NCBI GenBank assembly: GCA_964016885.1
Contig: OZ024745.1
Location: 5,084,001 to 5,148,000, forward strand
Reading direction: 5' to 3'
Origin: Eledone cirrhosa
Taxonomy: Eukaryota
DNA length: 64,000 bases
Positions 15,001 to 30,000 of this stretch are shown here, one piece after another. The translations under genes and the position numbers were made by a program. The first letter of the stretch is position 1; each line of letters starts with the position of its first letter. Under the pieces are notes generated by a model that had not been told where the DNA came from, made no database searches, and saw only the letters and a list, made by a program, of their open reading frames with translations.

Positions 15001-18000
15001 ATTAGACCAAGTAGGGTGGAATTTATTAATTTTAGGCCGAGAGGGGTGGAACTTATCAAATTAGACCTAGTGGGGTGGATCTTATCAAATTAGACTTAGT
15101 GGGGTGGAACTTATCAAATTAGACCAAGTGGGGTGGAAATTATCAAATTAGACCGAGTCGGGTGCAACTTATCAAATTAGACCTAGTGGGGTGGAACTTA
15201 TCAAATTAGACCGAGTGGGGTGCAACTTATCAAATTAGACCGAGTGGGGTGCAACTTATCAAATTAGACCGAGTGGTGTGGAACTTATCAAATTAGACCA
15301 AGTGGGGTGGAACTTATCAAATTAGACCGAGTGGGGTGGAACTTATCAAATTAGACCGAGTGGGGTGGAACTTATCAAATTAGACCGAGTGGGGTGGAAC
15401 TTATCAAATTAGACCGAGTGGGGTGGAACTTATCAACTTAGACCAAGTGGGGTGGAACTTATGAAATTAGAGTGAGTGGGTTGGAACTTATCAAATTAGA
15501 CCAAGTGGGGTGGAACTTATCAAATTAGAACAAGTGGGGTGGAACTTATCAAATTAGACCAAGTGGGGTGGAACTTATCAAATTAGGCCAAGTGGGTGGA
15601 GCTTTTCAAATTAGACCAAGTGTGGTGGATCTTATCAAATTAGACCAAGTGGGGTGGAACTTATCAAATTAGACCGAGTGGGGTGGAACTTATCAAATTA
15701 GACCAAGTGGGGTGGAACTTATCAAATTAGACCGAGTGGGGTGGAACTTATCAAATTAGACCGAGTGGGGTGGAACTTATCAAATTAGACCAAGTGGGGT
15801 GGAACTTATCAAATTAGAGTGAGTGGGTTGGAACTTATCAAATTAGACCAAGTGGGGTGGAACTTATCTAATTAGACCAAGTGGGGTCGAACTTATCAAA
15901 TTAGACCTTGTGGGGTGGAACTTATCAAATTAGACCAAGTGGGGTGGAACTTATCAAATTAGACCGAGTGGGGTGGAACTTATGAAATTAAACCAAGTGG
16001 GGTGGAACTTATCAAATTAGACCAAGTGGGGTGGAACTTATCAAGTTAGACCTAGTGGGGTGGAACTTATCAAATTAGGCCAAGTGGGGTGGAACTTATC
16101 AAATTAGACCAAGTGGGGTGGAACTTATGAAATTAGACCAAGTGGGGTGGAATTTATTAATTTTAGGCCGAGTGGGGTGGAACTTATCAAATTAGACCTA
16201 GTGGGGTGGATCTTATCAAATTAGACTTAGTGGGGTGGAACTTATCAAATTAGACCGAGTGGGGTGGAACTTATCAAATTAGACCAAGTTGGGTGGAACT
16301 TATCAAATTAGACCGAGTCGGGTGCAACTTATCAAATTAGACCTAGTGGGGTGGAACTTATCAAATTAGACCTAGTGGGGTGGAACTTATCAAATTAGAC
16401 CAAGTTGGGTGGAACTTATCAAATTAGACCGAGTGGGGTGCAACTTATCAAATTAGACCGAGTGGGGTGCAACTTATCAAATTAGACCGAGTGGTGTGGA
16501 ACTTATCAAATTAGACCGAGTGGAGTGGAACTTATCAAATTAGACCAAGTGGGGTGGAACTTATCAAATTAGACCAAGTGGGGTGGAACTTATCAAATTA
16601 GACCGAGTGTGGTGGAACTTATCAAATTAGAACAAGTGGGGTGGAACTTATCAAATTAGACCAAGTGGGGTGGAACTTATCAAATTAGAGTGAGTGGGTT
16701 GGAACTTATCAAATTAGACCAAGTGGGGTGGAACTTATCAAATTAGAACAAGTGGGGTGGAACTTATCAAATTAGACCAAGTGGGGTGGAACTTATCAAA
16801 TTAGGCCAAGTGGGGTGGAACTTTTCAAATTAGACCAAGTGTGGTGGATCTTATCAAATTAGACCAAGTGGGGTGGAACTTATCAAATTAGACCGAGTGG
16901 GGTGGAACTTATCAAATTGGACCAAGTGGGGTGGAACTTATCAAATTAGACTGAGTGGGGTGGAACTTATCAAATTAGACCGAGTGGGGTGGAACTTATC
17001 AAATTAGACCAAGTGGGGTGGAACTTATCAAATTAGAGTGAGTGGGTTGGAACTTATCAAATTAGACCAAGTGGGGTGGAACTTATCTAATTAGACCAAG
17101 TGGGGTCGAACTTATCAAATTAGACCTTGTGGGGTGGAACTTATCAAATTAGACCAAGTGGGGTGGAACTTATCAAATTAGACCAAGTGGGGTGGAACTT
17201 ATCAAATTAAACCAAGTGGGGTGGAACTTATCAAATTAGACCAAGTGGGGTGGAACTTATCAAATTAGACCTAGTGGGGTGGAACTTATCAAATTAGACC
17301 AAGTGGGGTGGAACTTATCAAATTAGACCAAGTGGGGTGGAACTTATGAAATTAGGCCAAGTTGGGTAGAACTTATCAAATTAGACCGAGTGGTGTGGAA
17401 CTTATCAAATTAGACCAAGTGGGGTGGAACATATCAAATTAGACCGAGTGGGGTGGAACTTATTAAATTAGACCAAGTATGGTCGAACTTATCAAATTAG
17501 AGTATCTGTGGTGGAACTTATCAAATTAGACCTAGTGGGGTGGAACTTATCAAATTAAACCAAGTGGGGTGGCACTTATCAAATTAGTCCAAGTTGGGTG
17601 GAACTTATGAAATTAGGCCAAGTTGGGTAGAACTTATCAAATTAGACCGAGTGGTGTGGAACTTATCAAATTAGACCAAGTGGGGTGGAACTTATCAAAT
17701 TAGACCGAGTGGGGTGGAACTTATCAAATTAGACCGAGTGAGGTGGAACTTATCAAATTAGTCCAAGTGGGGTGGAACTTATCAAATTAGAGTGAGTGGG
17801 TTGGAACTTAGCAAATTAGACCAAGTGGTGTGGAACTTATCAAATTAGAACAAGTGGGGTGGAACTTATCAAATTAGACCAAGTGGGGTGGAACTTATCA
17901 AATTAGGCCAAGTGGGGTGGAGCTTTTCAAATTAGACCAAGTGTGGTGGATCTTATCAAATTAGACCAAGTGGGGTGGAACTTATTAAATTAGACCGAGT

Positions 18001-21000
18001 GGGGTGGAACTTATCAAATTAGACCAAGTGGGGTGGAACTTATCAAATTAGACCGAGTGGGGTGGAACTTATCAAATTAGACCGAGTGGGGTGGAACTTA
18101 TCAAATTAGACCAAGTGGGGTGGAACTTATCAAATTAGAGTGAGTGGGTTGGAACTTATCAAATTAGACCAAGTGGGGTGGAACTTATCTAATTAGACCT
18201 TGTGGGGTGGAACTTATCAAATTAGACCAAATGGGGTGGAACTTATCAAATTAAACCAAGTGGGGTGGAACTTATCAAATTAGACCAAGTGGGGTGGAAC
18301 TTATCAAATTAGACCTAGTGGGGTGGAACTTATCAAATTAGACCAAGTGGGGTGGAACTTATCAAATTAGACCTTGTGAGGTGGAACTTATGAAATTAGA
18401 CCAAGTGGGGTGGAACTTATCAAATTAGACCAAGTGGGGTGGAACTTATCAAATTAGACCAAGTGGGGTGGAACTTATCAAATTAGACTGAGTGGGGTGG
18501 AACTTATCAAATTAGACTAAGTGGGGTGGAAATTATCAAATTAGACCAAGTGGGGTGGAAATTATCAAATTAGACCAAGTGTAGTGGATCTTATCAAATT
18601 AGACCGACTGGGGTGGAACTTATCAATTTAGACCAAGTGGGGTGGAACTTATCAAATTAGACCAAGTGGGGTGGAGCTTATCAAATTAGACCAAGTGTGG
18701 TGGATCTTATCAAATTAGACCAAGTGTGGTTGAACTTATCAAATTAGACCAAGTTGGGTGGAACTTATCAAATTAGACCTAGTGAGGTGGAACTTATCAA
18801 ATTAGACCAAATGGGGTGGAACTTATCAAATTAGACTGAGTGTGGTGGAACTTATTAAATTAGACCAAGTGGGGTGGAACTTATCAAATTAGACCGAGTG
18901 GTGTGGAACTTATCAAATTAGACCGAGTGGAGTGGAACTTATCAAATTAGACCAAGTGGGGTGGAACTTATCAAATTAGACCTAGTGGGGTGGAACTTAT
19001 CAAATTAGACCAAGTGGGGTGGAACTTATCAAATTAGACCAAGTGGGGTGGAACTTATGAAATTAAACCAAGTGGGGTGGAACTTATCAAATTAGACCAA
19101 GTGGGGTGGAACTTATCAAGTTAGACCTAGTGGGGTGGAACTTATCAAATTAGGCCAAGTGGGGTGGAACTTATCAAATTAGACCAAGTGGGGTGGAACT
19201 TATGAAATTAGACCAAGTGGGGTGGAACTTATCAAATTAGACTGAGTGGGGTGGAACTTATCAAATTAGACTAAGTGGGGTGGAAATTATCAAATTAGAC
19301 CAAGTGGGGTGGAACTTATCAAATTAGACCTAGTGGGGTAGAACTTATCAAATTAGACCGAGTGGGGTGGAACTTATCAAATTAGCCCTAGTGTGGTGGA
19401 ATTTATCAAATTAGACCAAGTAGGGTGGAATTTATTAATTTTAGGCCGAGTGGGGTGGAACTTATCAAATTAGACCTAGTGGGGTGGATCTTATCAAATT
19501 AGACTTAGTGGGGTGGAACTTATCAAATTAGACCGAGTGGGGTGGAACTTATCAAATTAGACCAAGTTGGGTGGAACTTATCAAATTAGACCGAGTCGGG
19601 TGCAACTTATCAAATTAGACCTAGTGGGGTGGAACTTATCAAATTAGACCTAGTGGGGTGGAACTTATCAAATTAGACCAAGTTGGGTGGAACTTATCAA
19701 ATTAGACCGAGTGGGGTGCAACTTATCAAATTAGACCGAGTGGGGTGCAACTTATCAAATTAGACCGAGTGGTGTGGAACTTATCAAATTAGACCGAGTG
19801 GAGTGGAACTTATCAAATTAGACCAAGTGGGGTGGAACTTATCAAATTAGACCAAGTGGGGTGGAACTTATCAAATTAGACCGAGTGTGGTGGAACTTAT
19901 CAAATTAGAACAAGTGGGGTGGAACTTATCAAATTAGACCAAGTGGGGTGGAACTTATCAAATTAGAGTGAGTGGGTTGGAACTTATCAAATTAGACCAA
20001 GTGGGGTGGAACTTATCAAATTAGAACAAGTGGGGTGGAACTTATCAAATTAGACCAAGTGGGGTGGAACTTATCAAATTAGGCCAAGTGGGGTGGAACT
20101 TTTCAAATTAGACCAAGTGTGGTGGATCTTATCAAATTAGACCAAGTGGGGTGGAACTTATCAAATTAGACCGAGTGGGGTGGAACTTATCAAATTGGAC
20201 CAAGTGGGGTGGAACTTATCAAATTAGACCGAGTGGGGTGGAACTTATCAAATTAGACCGAGTGGGGTGGAACTTATCAAATTAGACCAAGTGGGGTGGA
20301 ACTTATCAAATTAGAGTGAGTGGGTTGGAACTTATCAAATTAGACCAAGTGGGGTGGAACTTATCTAATTAGACCAAGTGGGGTCGAACTTATCAAATTA
20401 GACCTTGTGGGGTGGAACTTATCAAATTAGACCAAGTGGGGTGGAACTTATCAAATTAGACCAAGTGGGGTGGAACTTATCAAATTAAACCAAGTGGGGT
20501 GGAACTTATCAAATTAGACCAAGTGGGGTGGAACTTATCAAATTAGACCTAGTGGGGTGGAACTTATCAAATTAGACCAAGTGGGGTGGAACTTATCAAA
20601 TTAGACCAAGTGGGGTGGAACTTATGAAATTAGGCCAAGTTGGGTAGAACTTATCAAATTAGACCGAGTGGTGTGGAACTTATCAAATTAGACCAAGTGG
20701 GGTGGAACATATCAAATTAGACCGAGTGGGGTGGAACTTATTAAATTAGACCAAGTATGGTCGAACTTATCAAATTAGAGTATCTGTGGTGGAACTTATC
20801 AAATTAGACCAAGTGGGGTGGAACTTATCAAATTAAACCAAGTGGGGTGGCACTTATCAAATTAGTCCAAGTTGGGTGGAACTTATGAAATTAGGCCAAG
20901 TTGGGTAGAACTTATCAAATTAGACCGAGTGGTGTGGAACTTATCAAATTAGACCAAGTGGGGTGGAACTTATCAAATTAGACCGAGTGGGGTGGAACTT

Positions 21001-24000
21001 ATCAAATTAGACCGAGTGAGGTGGAACTTATCAAATTAGTCCAAGTGGGGTGGAACTTATCAAATTAGAGTGAGTGGGTTGGAACTTAGCAAATTAGACC
21101 AAGTGGTGTGGAACTTATCAAATTAGAACAAGTGGGGTGGAACTTATCAAATTAGACCAAGTGGGGTGGAACTTATCAAATTAGGCCAAGTGGGGTGGAG
21201 CTTTTCAAATTAGACCAAGTGTGGTGGATCTTATCAAATTAGACCAAGTGGGGTGGAACTTATTAAATTAGACCGAGTGGGGTGGAACTTATCAAATTAG
21301 ACCAAGTGGGGTGGAACTTATCAAATTAGACCGAGTGGGGTGGAACTTATCAAATTAGACCGAGTGGGGTGGAACTTATCAAATTAGACCAAGTGGGGTG
21401 GAACTTATCAAATTAGAGTGAGTGGGTTGGAACTTATCAAATTAGACCAAGTGGGGTGGAACTTATCTAATTAGACCAAGTGGGGTCGAACTTATCAAAT
21501 TAGACCTTGTGGGGTGGAACTTATCAAATTAGACCAAATGGGGTGGAACTTATCAAATTAAACCAAGTGGGGTGGAACTTATCAAATTAGACCAAGTGGG
21601 GTGGAACTTATCAAATTAGACCTAGTGGGGTGGAACTTATCAAATTAGACCAAGTGGGGTGGAACTTATCAAATTAGACCTTGTGAGGTGGAACTTATGA
21701 AATTAGACCAAGTGGGGTGGAACTTATCAAATTAGACCAAGTGGGGTGGAACTTATCAAATTAGACCAAGTGGGGTGGAACTTATCAAATTAGACTGAGT
21801 GGGGTGGAACTTATCAAATTAGACTAAGTGGGGTGGAAATTATCAAATTAGACCAAGTGGGGTGGAAATTATCAAATTAGACCAAGTGTAGTGGATCTTA
21901 TCAAATTAGACCGACTGGGGTGGAACTTATCAATTTAGACCAAGTGGGGTGGAACTTATCAAATTAGACCAAGTGGGGTGGAGCTTATCAAATTAGACCA
22001 AGTGTGGTGGATCTTATCAAATTAGACCAAGTGTGGTTGAACTTATCAAATTAGACCAAGTTGGGTGGAACTTATCAAATTAGACCTAGTGAGGTGGAAC
22101 TTATCAAATTAGACCAAATGGGGTGGAACTTATCAAATTAGACTGAGTGTGGTGGAACTTATTAAATTAGACCAAGTGGGGTGGAACTTATCAAATTAGA
22201 CCGAGTGGTGTGGAACTTATCAAATTAGACCGAGTGGAGTGGAACTTATCAAATTAGACCAAGTGGGGTGGAACTTATCAAATTAGACTGAGTGGGGTGG
22301 AACTTATCAAATTAGACCAAGTGGGGTGGAAATTATCAAATTAGACCAAGTGGGGTGGAACTTATTAAATTAGACCAAGTATGGTCGAACTTATCAAATT
22401 AGAGTATCTGTGGTGGAACTTATCTAATTAGACCAAGTGGGGTGGAACTTATCAAATTAGGCCAAGTGGGTGGAGCTTTTCAAATTAGACCAAGTGTGGT
22501 GGATCTTATCAAATTAGACCAAGTGGGGTGGAACTTATCAAATTAGACCGAGTGGGGTGGAACTTATCAAATTAGACCAAGTGGGGTGGAACTTATCAAA
22601 TTAGACCGAGTGGGGTGGAACTTATCAAATTAGACCGAGTGGGGTGGAACTTATCAAATTAGACCAAGTGGGGTGGAACTTATCAAATTAGAGTGAGTGG
22701 GTTGGAACTTATCAAATTAGACCAAGTGGGGTGGAACTTATCTAATTAGACCAAGTGGGGTCGAACTTATCAAATTAGACCTTGTGGGGTGGAACTTATC
22801 AAATTAGACCAAGTGGGGTGGAACTTATCAAATTAGACCAAGTGGGGTGGAACTTATCAAATTAAACCAAGTGGGGTGGAACTTATCAAATTAGACCAAG
22901 TGGGGTGGAACTTATCAAATTAGACCTAGTGTGGTGGAACTTATCAAATTAGACCAAGTGGGGTGGAACTTATCAAATTAGACCAAGTAGGGTGGAACTT
23001 ATGAAATTAGACCAAGTGGGGTGGAACTTATCAAATTAGACTGAGTGGGGTGGAACTTATCAAATTAGACTAAGTGGGGTGGAAATTATCAAATTAGACC
23101 AAGTGGGGTGGAACTTATCAAGTTAGACCTAGTGGGGTAGAACTTATCAAATTAGACCGAGTGGGGTGGAACTTATCAAATTAGACCGAGTGGGGTGGAA
23201 CTTATCAAATTAGCCCTAGTGTGGTGGAATTTATCAAATTAGACCAAGTAGGGTGGAATTTATTAATTTTAGGCCGAGTGGGGTGGAACTTATCAAATTA
23301 GACCTAGTGGGGTGGATCTTATCAAATTAGACTTAGTGGGGTGGAACTTATCAAATTAGACCAAGTGGGGTGGAAATTATCAAATTAGACCGAGTCGGGT
23401 GCAACTTATCAAATTAGACCTAGTGGGGTGGAACTTATCAAATTAGACCGAGTGGGGTGCAACTTATCAAATTAGACCGAGTGGGGTGCAACTTATCAAA
23501 TTAGACCGAGTGGTGTGGAACTTATCAAATTAGACCAAGTGGGGTGGAACTTATAAAATTAGACCTAGTGGGGTGGAACTTATCAAATTAGACCAAGTGG
23601 GGTGGAACTTATCAAATTAGACCAAGTGGGGTTGAACTTATCAAATTAGACCAAGTGGGGTCGAACTTATCAAATTAGACCAAGTTGGGTGGAACTTATC
23701 AAATTAGACCGAGTGGGGTGCAACTTATCAAATTAGACCGAGTGGGGTGCAACTTATCAAATTAGACCGAGTGGTGTGGAACTTATCAAATTAGACCGAG
23801 TGGAGTGGAACTTATCAAATTAAACCAAGTGGGGTGGAACTTATCAAATTAGACCAAGTGGGGTGGAACTTATCAAATTAGACCGAGTGTGGTGGAACTT
23901 ATCAAATTGGACCAAGTGGGGTGGAACTTATCAAATTAGACCGAGTGGGGTGGAACTTATCAAATTGGACCAAGTGGGGTGGAACTTATCAAATTAGACC

Positions 24001-27000
24001 GAGTGGGGTGGAACTTATCAAATTAGACCGAGTGGGGTGGAACTTATCAAATTAGACCAAGTGGGGTGGAACTTATCAAATTAGAGTGAGTGGGTTGGAA
24101 CTTATCAAATTAGACCAAGTGGAGTGGAACTTATCTAATTAGACCAAGTGGGGTCGAACTTATCAAATTAGACCTTGTGGGGTGGAACTTATCAAATTAG
24201 ACCAAGTGGGGTGGAACTTATCAAATTAGACCAAGTGGGGTGGAACTTATCAAATTAAACCAAGTGGGGTGGAACTTATCAAATTAGACCAAGTGGGGTG
24301 GAACTTATCAAATTAGACCTAGTGGGGTGGAACTTATCAAATTAGACCTAGTGAGGTGGAACTTATCAAATTAGACCAAATGGGGTGGAACTTATCAAAT
24401 TAGACTGAGTGTGGTGGAACTTATTAAATTAGACCAAGTGGGGTGGAACTTATCAAATTAGACCGAGTGGTGTGGAACTTATCAAATTAGACCGAGTGGA
24501 GTGGAACTTATCAAATTAGACCAAGTGGGGTGGAACTTATCAAATTAGACCTAGTGGGGTGGAACTTATCAAATTAGACCAAGTGGGGTGGAACTTATCA
24601 AATTAGACTGAGTGGGGTGGAACTTATCAAATTAGACCAAGTGGGGTGGAAATTATCAAATTAGACCAAGTGGGGTGGAACTTATTAAATTAGACCAAGT
24701 ATGGTCGAACTTATCAAATTAGAGTATCTGTGGTGGAACTTATCAAATTAGACCAAGTGGGGTGGAACTTATCAAATTAGGCCAAGTGGGTGGAGATTTT
24801 CAAATTAGACCAAGTGTGGTGGATCTTATCAAATTAGACCAAGTGGGGTGGAACTTATCAAATTAGACCGAGTGGGGTGGAACTTATCAAATTAGACCAA
24901 GTGGGGTGGAACTTATCAAATTAGACCGAGTGGGGTGGAACTTATCAAATTAGACCGAGTGGGGTGGAACTTATCAAATTAGACCAAGTGGGGTGGAACT
25001 TATCAAATTAGAGTGAGTGGGTTGTAACTTATCAAATTAGACCAAGTGGGGTGGAACTTATCTAATTAGACCAAGTGGGGTCGAACTTATCAAATTAGAC
25101 CTTGTGGGGTGGAACTTATCAAATTAGACCAAGTGGGGTGGAACTTATCAAATTAGACCAAGTGGGGTGGAACTTATCAAATTAAACCAAGTGGGGTGGA
25201 ACTTATCAAATTAGACCAAGTGGGGTGGAACTTATCAAATTAGACCTAGTGGGGTGGAACTTATCAAATTAGACCAAGTGGGGTGGAACTTATCAAATTA
25301 GACCAAGTGGGGTGGAACTTATGAAATTAGACCAAGTGGGGTGGAACTTATCAAATTAGACTGAGTGGGGTGGAACTTATCAAATTAGACTAAGTGGGGT
25401 GGAAATTATCAAATTAGACCAAGTGGGGTGGAACTTATCAAGTTAGACCTAGTGGGGTAGAACTTATCAAATTAGACCGAGTGGGGTGGAACTTATCAAA
25501 TTAGACCGAGTGGGGTGGAACTTATCAAATTAGCCCTAGTGTGGTTGAATTTATCAAATTAGACTTAGTGGGGTGGAACTTATCAAATTAGACCAAGTGG
25601 GGTGGAAATTATCAAATTAGACCGAGTCGGGTGCAACTTATCAAATTAGACCTAGTGGGGTGGAACTTATCAAATTAGACCGAGTGGGGTGCAACTTATC
25701 AAATTAGACCGAGTGGGGTGCAACTTATCAAATTAGACCGAGTGGTGTGGAACTTATCAAATTAGACCAAGTGGGGTGGAACTTATAAAATTAGACCTAG
25801 TGGGGTGGAACTTATCAAATTAGACCAAGTGGGGTGGAACTTATCAAATTAGACCAAGTGGGGTTGAACTTATCAAATTAGACCAAGTGGGGTCGAACTT
25901 ATCAAATTAGACCAAGTTGGGTGGAACTTATCAAATTAGACCGAGTGGGGTGCAACTTATCAAATTAGACCGAGTGGGGTGCAACTTATCAAATTAGACC
26001 GAGTGGTGTGGAACTTATCAAATTAGACCGAGTGGAGTGGAACTTATCAAATTAAACCAAGTGGGGTGGAACTTATCAAATTAGACCAAGTGGGGTGGAA
26101 CTTATCAAATTAGACCGAGTGTGGTGGAACTTATCAAATTGGACCAAGTGGGGTGGAACTTATCAAATTAGACCGAGTGGGGTGGAACTTATCAAATTGG
26201 ACCAAGTGGGGTGGAACTTATCAAATTAGACCCAGTGGGGTGGAACTTATCAAATTAGACCGAGTGGGGTGGAACTTATCAAATTAGACCAAGTGGGGTG
26301 GAACTTATCAAATTAGAGTGAGTGGGTTGGAACTTATCAAATTAGACCAAGTGGGGTGGAACTTATCTAATTAGACCAAGTGGGGTCGAACTTATCAAAT
26401 TAGACCTTGTGGGGTGGAACTTATCAAATTAGACCAAGTGGGGTGGAACTTATCAAATTAGACCAAGTGGGGTGGAACTTATCAAATTAAACCAAGTGGG
26501 GTGGAACTTATCAAATTAGACCAAGTGGGGTGGAACTTATCAAATTAGACCTAGTGGGGTGGAACTTATCAAATTAGACCAAGTGGGGTGGAACTTATCA
26601 AATTAGACCAAGTGGGGTGGAACTTATGAAATTAGGCCAAGTTGGGTAGAACTTATCAAATTAGACCGAGTGGTGTGGAACTTATCAAATTAGACCAAGT
26701 GGGGTGGAACATATCAAATTAGACCGAGTGGGGTGGAACTTATTAAATTAGACCAAGTATGGTCGAACTTATCAAATTAGAGTATCTGTGGTGGAACTTA
26801 TCAAATTAGACCAAGTGGGGTGGAACTTATCAAATTAGACCTAGTGGGGTAGAACTTATCAAATTAGACCGAGTGGGGTGGAACTTATCAAATTAGCCCT
26901 AGTGTGGTGGAATTTATCAAATTAGACCAAGTAGGGTGGAATTTATTAATTTTAGGCCGAGTGGGGTGGAACTTATCAAATTAGACCTAGTGGGGTGGAT

Positions 27001-30000
27001 CTTATCAAATTAGACTTAGTGGGGTGGAACTTATCAAATTAGACCGAGTGGGGTGGAACTTATCAAATTAGACCAAGTTGGGTGGAACTTATCAAATTAG
27101 ACCGAGTCGGGTGCAACTTATCAAATTAGACCTAGTGGGGTGGAACTTATCAAATTAGACCTAGTGGGGTGGAACTTATCAAATTAGACCAAGTTGGGTG
27201 GAACTTATCAAATTAGACCGAGTGGGGTGCAACTTATCAAATTAGACCAAGTGGGGTGGAACTTATCAAATTAGAGTGAGTGGGTTGGAACTTATCAAAT
27301 TAGACCAAGTGGGGTGGAACTTATCTAATTAGACCAAGTGGGGTCGAACTTATCAAATTAGACCTTGTGGGGTGGAACTTATCAAATTAGACCAAGTGGG
27401 GTGGAACTTATCAAATTAGACCAAGTGGGGTGGAACTTATCAAATTAAACCAAGTGGGGTGGAACTTATCAAATTAGACCAAGTGGGGTGGAACTTATCA
27501 AATTAGACCTAGTGGGGTGGAACTTATCAAATTAGACCAAGTGGGGTGGAACTTATCAAATTAGACCAAGTGGGGTGGAACTTATGAAATTAGGCCAAGT
27601 TGGGTAGAACTTATCAAATTAGACCGAGTGGTGTGGAACTTATCAAATTAGACCAAGTGGGGTGGAACATATCAAATTAGACCGAGTGGGGTGGAACTTA
27701 TTAAATTAGACCAAGTATGGTCGAACTTATCAAATTAGAGTATCTGTGGTGGAACTTATCAAATTAGACCAAGTGGGGTGGAACTTATCAAATTAGACCT
27801 AGTGGGGTAGAACTTATCAAATTAGACCGAGTGGGGTGGAACTTATCAAATTAGCCCTAGTGTGGTGGAATTTATCAAATTAGACCAAGTAGGGTGGAAT
27901 TTATTAATTTTAGGCCGAGTGGGGTGGAACTTATCAAATTAGACCTAGTGGGGTGGATCTTATCAAATTAGACTTAGTGGGGTGGAACTTATCAAATTAG
28001 ACCGAGTGGGGTGGAACTTATCAAATTAGACCAAGTTGGGTGGAACTTATCAAATTAGACCGAGTCGGGTGCAACTTATCAAATTAGACCTAGTGGGGTG
28101 GAACTTATCAAATTAGACCTAGTGGGGTGGAACTTATCAAATTAGACCAAGTTGGGTGGAACTTATCAAATTAGACCGAGTGGGGTGCAACTTATCAAAT
28201 TAGACCGAGTGGGGTGCAACTTATCAAATTAGACCGAGTGGTGTGGAACTTATCAAATTAGACCGAGTGGAGTGGAACTTATCAAATTAGACCAAGTGGG
28301 GTGGAACTTATCAAATTAGACCAAGTGGGGTGGAACTTATCAAATTAGACCGAGTGTGGTGGAACTTATCAAATTAGAACAAGTGGGGTGGAACTTATCA
28401 AATTAGACCAAGTGGGGTGGAACTTATCAAATTAGAGTGAGTGGGTTGGAACTTATCAAATTAGACCAAGTGGGGTGGAACTTATCAAATTAGAACAAGT
28501 GGGGTGGAACTTATCAAATTAGACCAAGTGGGGTGGAACTTATCAAATTAGGCCAAGTGGGGTGGAACTTTTCAAATTAGACCAAGTGTGGTGGATCTTA
28601 TCAAATTAGACCAAGTGGGGTGGAACTTATCAAATTAGACCGAGTGGGGTGGAACTTATCAAATTGGACCAAGTGGGGTGGAACTTATCAAATTAGACCG
28701 AGTGGGGTGGAACTTATCAAATTAGACCGAGTGGGGTGGAACTTATCAAATTAGACCAAGTGGGGTGGAACTTATCAAATTAGAGTGAGTGGGTTGGAAC
28801 TTATCAAATTAGACCAAGTGGGGTGGAACTTATCTAATTAGACCAAGTGGGGTCGAACTTATCAAATTAGACCTTGTGGGGTGGAACTTATCAAATTAGA
28901 CCAAGTGGGGTGGAACTTATCAAATTAGACCAAGTGGGGTGGAACTTATCAAATTAAACCAAGTGGGGTGGAACTTATCAAATTAGACCAAGTGGGGTGG
29001 AACTTATCAAATTAGACCTAGTGGGGTGGAACTTATCAAATTAGACCAAGTGGGGTGGAACTTATGAAATTAGGCCAAGTTGGGTAGAACTTATCAAATT
29101 AGACCGAGTGGTGTGGAACTTATCAAATTAGACCAAGTGGGGTGGAACATATCAAATTAGACCGAGTGGGGTGGAACTTATTAAATTAGACCAAGTATGG
29201 TCGAACTTATCAAGTTAGAGTATCTGTGGTGGAACTTATCAAATTAGACCAAGTGGGGTGGAACTTATCAAATTAAACCAAGTGGGGTGGCACTTATCAA
29301 ATTAGTCCAAGTTGGGTGGAACTTATGAAATTAGGCCAAGTTGGGTAGAACTTATCAAATTAGACCGAGTGGTGTGGAACTTATCAAATTAGACCAAGTG
29401 GGGTGGAACTTATCAAATTAGACCGAGTGGGGTGGAACTTATCAAATTAGACCGAGTGAGGTGGAACTTATCAAATTAGTCCAAGTGGGGTGGAACTTAT
29501 CAAATTAGAGTGAGTGGGTTGGAACTTAGCAAATTAGACCAAGTGGTGTGGAACTTATCAAATTAGAACAAGTGGGGTGGAACTTATCAAATTAGACCAA
29601 GTGGGGTGGAACTTATCAAATTAGGCCAAGTGGGGTGGAGCTTTTCAAATTAGACCAAGTGTGGTGGATCTTATCAAATTAGACCAAGTGGGGTGGAACT
29701 TATTAAATTAGACCGAGTGGGGTGGAACTTATCAAATTAGACCAAGTGGGGTGGAACTTATCAAATTAGACCGAGTGGGGTGGAACTTATCAAATTAGAC
29801 CGAGTGGGGTGGAACTTATCAAATTAGACCAAGTGGGGTGGAACTTATCAAATTAGAGTGAGTGGGTTGGAACTTATCAAATTAGACCAAGTGGGGTGGA
29901 ACTTATCTAATTAGACCAAGTGGGGTCGAACTTATCAAATTAGACCTTGTGGGGTGGAACTTATCAAATTAGACCAAATGGGGTGGAACTTATCAAATTA

